From positions 1-59,632 of IMG/VR virus record IMGVR_UViG_3300037308_000149: a stretch of 59,632 nucleotides of DNA, one strand, 5' to 3'. This DNA comes from a virus. The stretch's first letter is position 1. Each line of letters starts with the position of its first letter. Position numbers and translations under genes: made by a program. Positions 41,565-50,528 of this stretch are shown here, piece after piece. A model generated the notes under the pieces. The model did not search any database and was not told the DNA's origin. It saw only the letters and a list, made by a program, of their open reading frames with translations.

Positions 41565-41699
41565 TCACGACGCCCTCCTGACCATAGCTGTGATACGGAA
41601 CGTGCGGCTCAGGTAGTCCGCCAGCGCCCTAGCCTGGGCATAGGGAAGCATGTAGGTGACGACCTTGCCGTCCCGGACGTACTCAATCACGTACAGCAT
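41565..41699 (-). CDS. Small hypothetical protein (44 aa)
   Basis: Below the ORF-track cutoff. The ATG at 41699 is preceded by GAAGGAGGTCACT. Product: MLYVIEYVRDGKVVTYMLPYAQARALADYLSRTFRITAMVRRAS. Confidence 0.35.
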   Translation of the reverse strand: MLYVIEYVRDGKVVTYMLPYAQARALADYLSRTFRITAMVRRAS

Positions 41700-41728
41700 A
41701 GTGACCTCCTTCGTGACGCTTGGCTGCG

Positions 41729-41881
41729 TCAAGCGGCAACGCGCACGGCGTACTTCAAGTTGCCCTGCTCGTCGCGGACCTTACGGATGACCACAGCACG
41801 CTCACCTGCGCGCACCAGGCTGATGGCGTAGGCATTGGCGTCGCCGCGTGAACTGAACTGCTTGACCTCGCGCTGCTTCAT
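41729..41881 (-). CDS. Small hypothetical protein (50 aa)
   Basis: Below the ORF-track cutoff. The ATG at 41881 is preceded by GAGGAGGTCATC. Product: MKQREVKQFSSRGDANAYAISLVRAGERAVVIRKVRDEQGNLKYAVRVAA. Confidence 0.45.
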   Translation of the reverse strand: MKQREVKQFSSRGDANAYAISLVRAGERAVVIRKVRDEQGNLKYAVRVAA

Positions 41882-42115
41882 GATGACCTCCTCGGGTCAG
41901 CACCTCACAGACCGTGCTGATAGGTTCCTTGTGGCCTCCTCACCTCGGCCGTTCATAGGGTGGATAGCTACCCCACGGCCCACGCTTCATCTGACCTCAA
42001 CACGTACAGGCTGCCGTCGCTTCTTTTGCTCACGACGTTGACCCTCATTCCAGGTCCCCCACGTCCGTGCGGTACTCAACTTCCCACTCACGTGACGCTA
42101 GACCCTTCAGCTGCC

Positions 42116-42325
42116 TCATCTCATCAACAGGCCGTAGACACGGACCGTGTTCCGGGCATCAGCCGATGCTCGCCGTGGAAGGGCTGTGGTTACATCCACG
42201 ACGTCAGCTCCCGGAGCAGCCAGGCGGTACTCACATTCCCACTCCTGGTTGACGTGAACCTTGGAAGCATCCCGATATGCCATGGTGGCCGGAGGATCAT
42301 CCATTCCATCCCCGACCAGACTCAT
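42116..42325 (-). CDS. Small hypothetical protein
   Basis: ATGA overlap with the upstream ORF, and ATGA overlap of its stop with a further 24-codon ORF. It contains EWECEYR, which is repeated as EWEVEYR in the next micro-ORF. Confidence 0.35.
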   Translation of the reverse strand: MSLVGDGMDDPPATMAYRDASKVHVNQEWECEYRLAAPGADVVDVTTALPRRASADARNTVRVYGLLMR

Positions 42326-42600
42326 GAGGCTCGGTGCGATTGTGAACGTCTCCGCTCACAACTGCTTGTAGCGGGAGTCGGCGGTCGCACACCGCCAGCG
42401 CTTCGGCTCATCTCTGGGCCTAGGACCATGGTTCGGTGAACTTCCTCGTTCCCATCTGTCCGGCTCACACCGCCATCCTTCAGGTGCTCGCCTTCACCAC
42501 GTTGAGCCATCGGCCGTTTGCCCTGGGTTTCATCCACTGCCCCAGGTGGTCCCTCCGGAAGAGGTGGTGAGGGGATTGAGGTATGTTGAGATCGGTTCAT
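42322..42600 (-). CDS. Hypothetical protein; first ORF after the 42.6-43.25 kb non-coding hub
   Basis: The ATG at 42600 is preceded by GGGAGGGACCGAG. The composition is low-complexity, so coding status is uncertain. Confidence 0.35.
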   Translation of the reverse strand: MNRSQHTSIPSPPLPEGPPGAVDETQGKRPMAQRGEGEHLKDGGVSRTDGNEEVHRTMVLGPEMSRSAGGVRPPTPATSSCERRRSQSHRAS

Positions 42601-42881
42601 CTCGGTCCCTCCCGCTACGGAGGCCCATCAGGGAGGTCCGGTACTCCGTTCCCGGGTCCCATCGCTGGCCGCACCGCAACGTACAGGGGAACCCTACCCT
42701 GCCGGCAGGGCGGTCGCCTGCACCCTGCAGGGCCTGGGGGCCGCGACCCGGCCGGAGCGCGGGAAAATGGGGTGTAGAAAAGGTCACACGTTCCCGCAGG
42801 TAGATGGGGTCGCCGCCGGTGCCTGCAGGGGACCCGTTTGCAGGCCCTAGAACGTGCGAGAAGGGCCGTTTTGAGCCCCAC

Positions 42882-42901
42882 CGGCCCTACGGGGCCGTTT
42901 T
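42882..42901 (+). terminator. Plus-strand intrinsic-terminator-like hairpin (CGGCCC, loop tacg, GGGCCG, then TTTT)
   Basis: Read directly. An upstream GGGCCG (42863-42868) could pair with the same CGGCCC as an alternative structure. Confidence 0.3.
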
Positions 42902-43063
42902 GGGTCTGCGAGGCTCCTCGCAGCGCTCCGCGCCTGCAACGGTGTGCAGGCTTTCTAAGGTGCGAGAAGGGCCGCTTGTTGAACATTTTTCGCTAAAGCC
43001 CCGGCTGTCCCGTCTCGCATGGCAGGAGGCCCCGTCAGTTGGCAGGAAACAGCCCCTCGGAAA

Positions 43064-43239
43064 TCCTTGCGCCGCAACGATCTCGGGACGGCCCCTCTCA
43101 AAAGCCTTGCAGCGCAACGGTCTCTGCTGGGGGTACTTACGGCGTAAGTGAAAAACGGCCCTTGCAGCGTATCGTCCCGAAACCGTTGCAGCGCAACGAT
43201 CTCCGCAACCACAGCAAAACCCTTGCGCCGCAACGGTTT
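43064..43239. repeat. Five ~20-bp iteron-like repeats, consensus CCTTGCRSCGCAACGRTCTC
   Basis: Copies at 43064-43083, 43104-43123, 43159-43177 (degenerate), 43183-43202 and 43220-43239. Each has a TTGCG-n-CGCAA dyad core. Confidence 0.75.
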
Positions 43240-43251
43240 CGGAGCGACAGC

Positions 43252-43449
43252 CTACGGCCCCTCCTCACCAGGGTCTGGTGCGGCGGCGGACGCCTCCTTC
43301 ACAGCTTGAGAAGCCTCGGCGAAGACCCGGTCAAACTCAGCCTCCTTCTCAGCCGCAAGTTCAGGGGTGAGGGCGGCTTCCCACTCAAGGCGGATGGCCT
43401 CGGCCTGCTCCATCATCTTCTGTGCTTCTTCGAACATGGCCTTATTCAC
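43252..43449 (-). CDS. Hypothetical helical, acidic protein
   Basis: 65-aa ORF. The GTG start overlaps the upstream stop (GTGA). It is the last gene of the structural operon. Confidence 0.45.
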   Translation of the reverse strand: MNKAMFEEAQKMMEQAEAIRLEWEAALTPELAAEKEAEFDRVFAEASQAVKEASAAAPDPGEEGP

Positions 43450-43631
43450 GGCAGCACCTCGTCTTCTGTATCGTGGGAGTGACGGCCCCGAAGGGAATCA
43501 CAGATGTGCTCAAGTTCCTCAGCACATCGTAGGAGCAGGTAGGTGTCCACCATGATGCGGTCTCGTCTCCGCAACTTCCGTCCTTGACGGACCATGTCTG
43601 CCAGAGACGGGAAGTTCTTAGGCTCAACCAT
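43446..43631 (-). CDS. Hypothetical protein
   Basis: 61-aa ORF coupled to its neighbours. Confidence 0.45.
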   Translation of the reverse strand: MVEPKNFPSLADMVRQGRKLRRRDRIMVDTYLLLRCAEELEHICDSLRGRHSHDTEDEVLP

Positions 43632-43641
43632 CTTTCATCTC

Positions 43642-43860
43642 CTAGATGTTCAAAGCCGACGACAGAGATGACAGCTCATCCTCGTACTTCTTGATGTATG
43701 CCTTCAGCATCAAGATCGTCTTCTGGTCTACAGAGCTGAGGATCTCCGGAGGGGCTGCTGGGTTGTCGGCGTCAAACCGCAGCATGCCCAAGTTGTATCC
43801 CTGGGCCGGATCTGAACTCCGGTCCACCATCGTGATAGAAACCTCAATGTGCCTGGCCAC
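43642..43860 (-). CDS. Hypothetical protein (possible fibre assembly or accessory protein, by position)
   Basis: 72-aa ORF directly after the tail-tip gene. Confidence 0.45.
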   Translation of the reverse strand: MARHIEVSITMVDRSSDPAQGYNLGMLRFDADNPAAPPEILSSVDQKTILMLKAYIKKYEDELSSLSSALNI

Positions 43861-43873
43861 CTTCCACCTCCTT

Positions 43874-46800
43874 TCAGGTCTTGATGATGTAGTGGATTCT
43901 CAGATGCGGTCGCTGTTGTTGGTCATGCTGATGCCCATGCTTGTGGCCATGCTTGTGGCCATGCTTGTGGCCATGCTTGTGGCCGTGGCTATGTCCATGC
44001 TTGTGACTGTGCCCGTGCCCATGGTTGTGATTGCCATGGGTGTGGCTGTGGCCGTGAGAATGAGAGTGGCTATGGCTGTGGGCACCATGGGAATGACCAT
44101 GGCTGTGGCCCACGTCACGAGGGCCAGTCTGACCCTGGACGTTATGGGTGTGGCCGATGCGAGTCAAGTCCGTTGGGGTGCCGCTGCCTCCGGAAGCCGG
44201 TCCGCTAGAAGCCTGCCCGGTGGTCAGATAGCCAGCCGTCCCGTGGGTATGGGTTGAAGAGTCACCTGTGGTGTCAGACGTTGGCGTTTGCCCTGTAGCG
44301 TCTCCCTGAGCATTGCTCGTTGCATCAGACGTTGGCGTTGACTCTGTGTAGTCAGCAGATGCATCAGCCACCTCATTGTCGCCGGTGTAATCTGTCGTCT
44401 CGTTGTCGGCTGTTTCGTCGTTCACCTCATTGTCAGCTGTCTCGTCCAACAGGTGCTGATGGGTGGCAACACGAAGGCTCTCGGCAAGCCCCTCATTGGC
44501 GCCCAGTGCACCAGTCGTACTGACGCCCATCCCATGACGACCTCTAAAGTCTGGAACGTTGAACGAACTCCCTCCACCACCATATGTGTACCCAATGGCA
44601 GCGAACAGATCGGGATACAATGCTGTGGAGTAAGCATCGCCGTTACATCGAAGCCATCCGTTCGGTGTACCAGCACCAGCCCACTTCTTGATGGTGCCAG
44701 GTTCATCCGCAGAATCGACATCACACAGCACGGACTGCCCTGTGTCCGATGGTTGCCAAGAGCCAGCATTGCCGGCACCATCGATCGTTCGCAACCTAAA
44801 GTAGTGGGTGACGTCACGATCGGCCGCAGGCACCGCATAGCGGTGGCTCCCCATGCCGGCCTTCTTGTACGCCTCATCCATCAGAGGACTGAACCCTGTG
44901 TTTTTGGCGATCTGGATGTGGATGTGAGCAATGCTCTCGTCAGGCACGTTGCCGTCCATCGGAACGTTCCACTTGGCACCTACACGCCTTGGGGCCGTCA
45001 CAGCCGTGATGCCGCTGACAGAGGCTGGAGTATCGCTCGCCGAGGGTTGCTGCCCAGCTGTCCACGATGAGAACGACGAACGTCGGCCTTGGGTATCAAC
45101 CGAGCGTGCCCGAGCAAAGACGTAGTGAGCCTTGGGGATGTTCTTGAAGACAGCCGTCAGATCATCGCCGGTGGCGTCCCCTTCTAGACGTCTGATCTCA
45201 CGCTTGTCTCCTGTGGTTGGTTCTGCATTGGTCGGCTTGTGACAGAGCTGAACGATGTACTTCTCGATCTCAGCATCTGTAGCTGCCACAGCAGACACCG
45301 TGACCAATGCGCGGAACCGAGCCGAACGAGTACCCTTTGCATCAAACGACAACGATGGTGTGTTGGGTGTGCTGGGCGTGTTCCTTGATGCACTCGTGGT
45401 TGCGTAGGTCGAGAAGTTGCCCCACGCATCAACATTCCGGACACGGCAGTAGTATGTGCCGGTGCCAGGCTTCGAGATCCTGAACGACTTGTGGTCACTT
45501 TTGAACTTCTTGTCGCTCTTGACGATATTGGTGTACCCAGCGTCAGTTGCGATGTCCACCTGACTGTATGCGATCCGCTGGTCTTCCACTCCAGAGTCAT
45601 CGCTGTCATTGGGCTGCGTCACAAGGACTTGGAACCGATGCTCGTCCACATCCAAGGAGACAGACGAGGGAGCCGGTGGAGCAAACGCAGCTGGCTTGCC
45701 GGCATTGACCACCGTAGACCATGCACTCCGATTGCCCTGCACGTCGATTGCAGCGACCTTCACCTGCCAGCGCCATCGGTGAGGATGGGTGATGCGAGTG
45801 ACAACACATCGCCTTGGCTGCTCGTCGTTGTCGACCTCTCCATCAATGGTGTTGCGTCGCCGAGTCTCTCGCCATCCACCACCGTCATCATCAGGGATTG
45901 GGTTGTTGCCGGCATCAACAGGGCGGTACTTGTAGATGTACGACCGGATGTACGTTCCGTTTCCGTCGATGTCTTCAACTACATCATCGTGGGTGATGAC
46001 CATTGCATAGTTGGTTCGGCCATCAGCCTTCTCTTGCTGCTTGAAGACCACCGCCACGTTCTCAGGAGCCGAGGGTTCATCAAGGTCTAGAACCCCAAGC
46101 GTTGCAGCGTCAGGCGAGCGACCCTTGTTGATGAGTCGCTTACGGCGCGCCAACCACTTGTCCAACAGAGGCTGGCCAGTGGACAACTCAACAGATGTGA
46201 TCTTCCCGGCATCATCATACTGGACACTGGACACCGCCACTTCGATGTTGCCGTAGTTCTCCAGAATCAGAGTGTCGCCTGGTTGGACAACGGTCCCGTG
46301 ATACTCTATGGCGTCAGCCTCGTCCTTCACATAGGTGAAGACCGCCGTGCCGCTCATCCGTTTCGTCACAAGGTAGTTGGCAACTGCTTGGGCGAAGATC
46401 GTGGCCGGCCCTTCATGGGGAGGATCTCCGCCCCAATCAAGAACGAACACATGTCGATAGCCAACTGGAACCGGATCTGGGTTGGCCTCAACAGACTTAC
46501 TCAGGACCACTCCTCCAGGCCCCTTGTATTCGAACCGCACATGGCTGAAACGTTCCTCCGGAATGAGTTCCACAGGCGACTGTGTACGCTCCAGCCTCCA
46601 CGTATACCGCCCGATGGGTCCGGCATATCCCTTCTTGTCACCAGATGCATCCGGCTCAATTCGCCAGAACCAATTGTCAAGAAGAGCGACCTCATCCGCG
46701 ATCTGAGCCCATGATGCCTGGTCAGCCTCAAAAGGTATGGCCTGCACCGTTGATGCCGACACATCCACGGAGGCAGCGCCCATCTTGGGCAAGATGTAGT

Positions 46801-47623
46801 CGAACATGTCATGAAGCGTGAAGTCATCATCCTGGCTGACCGAGCCGATCCGCAAGTTCTTGATGATGAAGCGTCGCTCGCGAACCTGCTTTTTCTCTGC
46901 CGTTCGTATGAGCCTCAACCCAACCATGTCGTAGCCAGCCACGATGGTCTGGGCCACCGTCGCCGGTCCGCCAGCACCTAGGCTGTAGGTCTGCAGGATG
47001 TCCAGCGACCCGTTGGGTCCATCAGCTCCCACCAGCTCAAGGCTGTAGGCATCATCATTGCGGCTCTTGTCGATGGTGAACGCGATGTACCGGATGTCTG
47101 TATTTGGAGTCCACCGATACATGCCAGTCTGCCACTTGGTCGGGTTGCCGCCCTTGTTGCGGCGAAACTCTGTATGGCGCCGAACTCTGAAGACCAAACG
47201 GTCTCCGACCAAGTTCGACATCATCTTGTCTGTGCCGCCGTATGAAAGCGGTTCCTGGTCGCCCGGAACCCATTGGTCTAGAGCGTAGCTGATGACCAGG
47301 AAATGCTCGGCATACTTGTCAGCCTGCTTGCCCCACCCATCGGCGACCAGCGTTACAGACCCGTCCATCATCACCTGTACGTCTCTGAGGTTCCCCGCCC
47401 AGACGTACTTGTTGGCGATGGTGTCCTTCACGAGCCATGTGGTGCCAAGATCGTACAGAGCTGTCCGGCTGTTGTACTCCGTAGCGGAGATGGTTCCGCT
47501 TGCAGAGGAAGGGCCTCCCATGTCCGAGTCGTTCTGGAAGTCGCCCAGAAGACGGTTGTTGACTACATCCGGCAGGGTTCTGGTCGTCTCTCCTGCCCTT
47601 CTGAACTCATGCTGGAGTGCCAT
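43874..47623 (-). CDS. Tail-tip / fibre protein (1249 aa): N-terminal tail-hub-like region, FN3-like repeats, a tail-collar domain, an acidic TADNE linker, and a His-alternating C-terminus
   Basis: It lies downstream of the tape measure and a minor tail gene. The collar motif is GTIKKWAGAGTPNGWLRCNGDAYSTALYPDLFAAIGYTYGGGGSSFNVPDFRGR. The C-terminus reads GHSHGHSHGAHSHSHSHSHGHSHTHGNHNHGHGHSHKHGHSHGHKHGHKHGHKHGHKHGHQH. Confidence 0.8.
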   Translation of the reverse strand: MALQHEFRRAGETTRTLPDVVNNRLLGDFQNDSDMGGPSSASGTISATEYNSRTALYDLGTTWLVKDTIANKYVWAGNLRDVQVMMDGSVTLVADGWGKQADKYAEHFLVISYALDQWVPGDQEPLSYGGTDKMMSNLVGDRLVFRVRRHTEFRRNKGGNPTKWQTGMYRWTPNTDIRYIAFTIDKSRNDDAYSLELVGADGPNGSLDILQTYSLGAGGPATVAQTIVAGYDMVGLRLIRTAEKKQVRERRFIIKNLRIGSVSQDDDFTLHDMFDYILPKMGAASVDVSASTVQAIPFEADQASWAQIADEVALLDNWFWRIEPDASGDKKGYAGPIGRYTWRLERTQSPVELIPEERFSHVRFEYKGPGGVVLSKSVEANPDPVPVGYRHVFVLDWGGDPPHEGPATIFAQAVANYLVTKRMSGTAVFTYVKDEADAIEYHGTVVQPGDTLILENYGNIEVAVSSVQYDDAGKITSVELSTGQPLLDKWLARRKRLINKGRSPDAATLGVLDLDEPSAPENVAVVFKQQEKADGRTNYAMVITHDDVVEDIDGNGTYIRSYIYKYRPVDAGNNPIPDDDGGGWRETRRRNTIDGEVDNDEQPRRCVVTRITHPHRWRWQVKVAAIDVQGNRSAWSTVVNAGKPAAFAPPAPSSVSLDVDEHRFQVLVTQPNDSDDSGVEDQRIAYSQVDIATDAGYTNIVKSDKKFKSDHKSFRISKPGTGTYYCRVRNVDAWGNFSTYATTSASRNTPSTPNTPSLSFDAKGTRSARFRALVTVSAVAATDAEIEKYIVQLCHKPTNAEPTTGDKREIRRLEGDATGDDLTAVFKNIPKAHYVFARARSVDTQGRRSSFSSWTAGQQPSASDTPASVSGITAVTAPRRVGAKWNVPMDGNVPDESIAHIHIQIAKNTGFSPLMDEAYKKAGMGSHRYAVPAADRDVTHYFRLRTIDGAGNAGSWQPSDTGQSVLCDVDSADEPGTIKKWAGAGTPNGWLRCNGDAYSTALYPDLFAAIGYTYGGGGSSFNVPDFRGRHGMGVSTTGALGANEGLAESLRVATHQHLLDETADNEVNDETADNETTDYTGDNEVADASADYTESTPTSDATSNAQGDATGQTPTSDTTGDSSTHTHGTAGYLTTGQASSGPASGGSGTPTDLTRIGHTHNVQGQTGPRDVGHSHGHSHGAHSHSHSHSHGHSHTHGNHNHGHGHSHKHGHSHGHKHGHKHGHKHGHKHGHQHDQQQRPHLRIHYIIKT
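43935..43982. repeat. 12-bp tandem repeat CCATGCTTGTGG, 4 perfect copies (encodes HKHG units)
   Basis: Read directly. Confidence 0.95.
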
Positions 47624-48093
47624 CAGGCCATCGTTCCTCTGCCGCGGAACAGCGGCTGTCGCTCGATCTGAACAACGACCAAGGTCCCATCATGTCCTAC
47701 CCACGGGGACCTTCTCTTTGCTCCTTGATGGAGAGACACCAATTCACTCTTGAAGGTGTCGATGAGGAAGTTGTTTCCTGTCAGGTCATCAGGAAGATAC
47801 GCAATGCAGTTGGTGTCCCTTGCGAGCTCTGTGTTGAGGGCATTGACCAACGTCTCCATGGCACTCGCCGACGCTTGCGGCGTAAGGATGAGGGGAATGG
47901 TCATGGTCACAGGGGAACCAAACCAAGCATCAGCCATCTCCACGCCATCAACACCAGGCTGAGACAAGAACTTCTGGCTTGCCGCTGTTCGCCCAATGCT
48001 CATACCTTCGCCTAGATACCAACCACTCCTGTTCAGCAGCTCAAGGCGAAGAGCTTGGGTACCAGGATCGACGAATCGGAAGACCTTCGCCAT
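47623..48093 (-). CDS. Minor tail protein (possible distal tail protein)
   Basis: 156-aa ORF between the tape measure and the tail-tip protein. Start and stop are coupled on both sides. Confidence 0.55.
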   Translation of the reverse strand: MAKVFRFVDPGTQALRLELLNRSGWYLGEGMSIGRTAASQKFLSQPGVDGVEMADAWFGSPVTMTIPLILTPQASASAMETLVNALNTELARDTNCIAYLPDDLTGNNFLIDTFKSELVSLHQGAKRRSPWVGHDGTLVVVQIERQPLFRGRGTMA

Positions 48094-50525
48094 CAGACTC
48101 GCCTCCCCATCTTGATCCGATTCGACCTTGAGTGAAGTTCAACGATCTTGGTCAGTGTCACACCATCAACCTCGATTGAGACAGACAGAGGTTCTGCCGA
48201 GTATCCGTCTCCTCCTTGCATCGGCATTCCTCCAAGTCCACTTGAGAGTTTCTGCAACAGCCGCAACGTCTCATATGATGGAAGCACTCCAGCGCCACGC
48301 GGAAGGAACAAGAGCTCAGGTCCCTTCTCCCCAACAATCGTCATGCCACCAGACGAGACGCCACCAGAGGCCATGCCGTCTTCATCACCAGGAGGCTTGC
48401 CGCTGTGGGTGTACGTCGTGTGGACGTGCAACTGGAGATCGCTGTAGTGGTTCTTCAGGTAGTCCAGCTTCGTAGAGAGATCTGTGAGGCCCTGGTTGGC
48501 AGCGTTCTCAGCCTCCTGATTCAGTTGCGCTAGAGGGTCCTCGGTCGCAGCGATGGCGTCTTGACCGGACTTGAACGACTCCCGCACCTTGGCCAGCTCT
48601 CGCTTGGACAGGTTGGAGAATTGCTGCATGATGGTAGAGCCTTCAACACCCATGTCGATGATCTGCTGCTTGAGTTCACTAGGGATGTTGAGGGTTGAGA
48701 AGTCAGCGAGGTTCTTGGCATAGTGCTCGAACTCTCGCTGCTGTCGCCGGAAGGAGTTCACGATTGAGTCTGTCGTGATTCTGGCACGACCCGCCAATCG
48801 GTCAAGAGCTGGAGTGGTGGCGTTGAGATTGGCGACAACTCCTGCCTTCCAATCCTCAAACTCCTTCACGGTCATGCGAGCAAACGTTCGGATTCTCTCG
48901 CCTGTTGCCACAACACTACGTTCGTTGCGGCGCAACGCTGCATCAAGTCCGTCTGCCTGTCGAGTTGCATCTTCGTATGAGACCCCCAGAACGACCAGAG
49001 CATTGATGAGCTCGTTTCTGGTCATCTGGCCGGCGTTGAACATCTCGATTGCAAGGGCCTGTGTTCTGGCCGTAGCATATTCTGTCGCCGTCGCGCCATT
49101 GGTGACCTCGTTGGCCCATTCGGCGTAAGCTCCTCCGGACTCCCTTGCCTTGTTGATGAGGTCTGTGTACTGAACGACAGCCTCTCTGATTGAGAGATTG
49201 CCCGAGCGAACCTCGTGAGCAAGTCCTTGGTTGGCCATCCTGAACGACTCAATGGCCGCCTCGCCGCCTGCGACCTCCTCTACTGCAACAAGCAGCTCTG
49301 CGGAGAGCTCATTGATTGCACGCTTCCCATCAACAGCCGCCTTGACGAGAGCCTGACCAAACTTCGCCATCTCGGCCTTGGCCCGCTTGGTTGCATTCAG
49401 CGTGTAGTAGATGGCCAGGCCGATACCGGCGATGACGGCCGCATATGGACCAAACTTCGCGAGAGAGGCCAACATGCTGCCAGCGCCCACGGCTGCAGAC
49501 GCTTGCGCCGCACTGAGTGCCAGCGTAGCCTGGGTGGTCACAAGCATCTGGCCCGTGGCGGCCGCCATTGCGATCCGCATTGCGCCCCAGAGCTTGAGAA
49601 GGGCCAACCCGATCTTCAGGAAGCCTCCAATCATCCATGTGAGCGGCCCCAGCACAGCCAACAGACCAACGAAGACGCCAAGGACAGCCTTGACAGGAGC
49701 TGGCAACTTGGAGATCCACTCGACGACGGCTTTGAGCCCTGAAGCAATGCCAGCCAGAACAGGAGCGACAAGCGCACCTAGTTCTTCCAGAGTGTCCCCG
49801 AGCTGGCCAAGAGCAATCTGGAGTTTGCCATACTCTGTCTGGCCCAGCTCTTCTGCCGAACGGCCAAACTCCGTGTTCAGCTCTGCCAGAATGACTTTCT
49901 GCGCCCCCATGACGTCGTTGTTCTCCATCATGGTTCGGATCATCTGCTCTTGCTCGCTGGTAAAGACAACACCGACCCTTCTCAGAGCCGTCATCCCTCG
50001 AACAGGATCGTTCAGCGCCTTGCCCAACTGCACTGCAGATGTGACCATGTCTCTTCCAGTGGCCACAGAAAGGTCAGTCAGGATCTCAACGGCTTGGTTG
50101 AACACGTCATTGCCTTCACCAACCTCATTGCGGATGTTCGTGAAGGTCAGGAGCATATTGGCGCCCTGCTGAATGGCCTCATCAGAGACGCTGCTGTAGT
50201 CACGGATGGAGTTGGCCAGAGATACAACCTCGTCTGCGGCGACATTGGCCTTGCCGCCTGTTGACTCAATCACGGCTTCCGTTTGCGCTGCAGCCTTCTC
50301 TGCCTCACTGAATGCCTTGACTGCAAGCCCAAGTGCACCAACAACCGGAAGAGTGACGCCCAGCGTCATCTTCCTTCCGAACGACGACATGGCATTGGCT
50401 GTCGCCGCCATCGACGACGCCATGGTCTTCTCGAACGACTTGGTGGCTGCTTCAGCCGACTTGAGGCCTGTGGTATCGATCTCAATTCTGCCCTCAGCAG
50501 TCCCCAGGTCGTAGTTGCCTGCCAT
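48093..50525 (-). CDS. Tape measure protein
   Basis: 810 aa, Ala/Gly/Leu-rich and helical with central hydrophobic segments. It sits directly after the chaperone pair. The RBS is AAGGAGTGACAC. Confidence 0.9.
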   Translation of the reverse strand: MAGNYDLGTAEGRIEIDTTGLKSAEAATKSFEKTMASSMAATANAMSSFGRKMTLGVTLPVVGALGLAVKAFSEAEKAAAQTEAVIESTGGKANVAADEVVSLANSIRDYSSVSDEAIQQGANMLLTFTNIRNEVGEGNDVFNQAVEILTDLSVATGRDMVTSAVQLGKALNDPVRGMTALRRVGVVFTSEQEQMIRTMMENNDVMGAQKVILAELNTEFGRSAEELGQTEYGKLQIALGQLGDTLEELGALVAPVLAGIASGLKAVVEWISKLPAPVKAVLGVFVGLLAVLGPLTWMIGGFLKIGLALLKLWGAMRIAMAAATGQMLVTTQATLALSAAQASAAVGAGSMLASLAKFGPYAAVIAGIGLAIYYTLNATKRAKAEMAKFGQALVKAAVDGKRAINELSAELLVAVEEVAGGEAAIESFRMANQGLAHEVRSGNLSIREAVVQYTDLINKARESGGAYAEWANEVTNGATATEYATARTQALAIEMFNAGQMTRNELINALVVLGVSYEDATRQADGLDAALRRNERSVVATGERIRTFARMTVKEFEDWKAGVVANLNATTPALDRLAGRARITTDSIVNSFRRQQREFEHYAKNLADFSTLNIPSELKQQIIDMGVEGSTIMQQFSNLSKRELAKVRESFKSGQDAIAATEDPLAQLNQEAENAANQGLTDLSTKLDYLKNHYSDLQLHVHTTYTHSGKPPGDEDGMASGGVSSGGMTIVGEKGPELLFLPRGAGVLPSYETLRLLQKLSSGLGGMPMQGGDGYSAEPLSVSIEVDGVTLTKIVELHSRSNRIKMGRRV

Positions 50526-50528
50526 GTG

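Noticed and set aside
42615-43233. ORFs 42615..42986(-), 42955..43233(-), 42804..43151(+) and others in the repeat hub
   Set aside because: Their translations simply echo the DNA repeats (for example IVALQRF / RCAARLL). They have no RBS and are Arg/Pro/Gly-rich.
43064-43239. Possible CRISPR array
   Set aside because: There are only five repeats, they are degenerate, and the gaps between them are unequal (4-35 bp). There are no cas genes, and each repeat has a dyad core typical of protein-binding sites.
42330-43250. tRNA or tmRNA genes in the gene-free regions
   Set aside because: I saw no cloverleaf-compatible segment and no GGTTCGAATCC-type T-loop on either strand by eye. A tRNAscan-type search is needed to exclude them formally.
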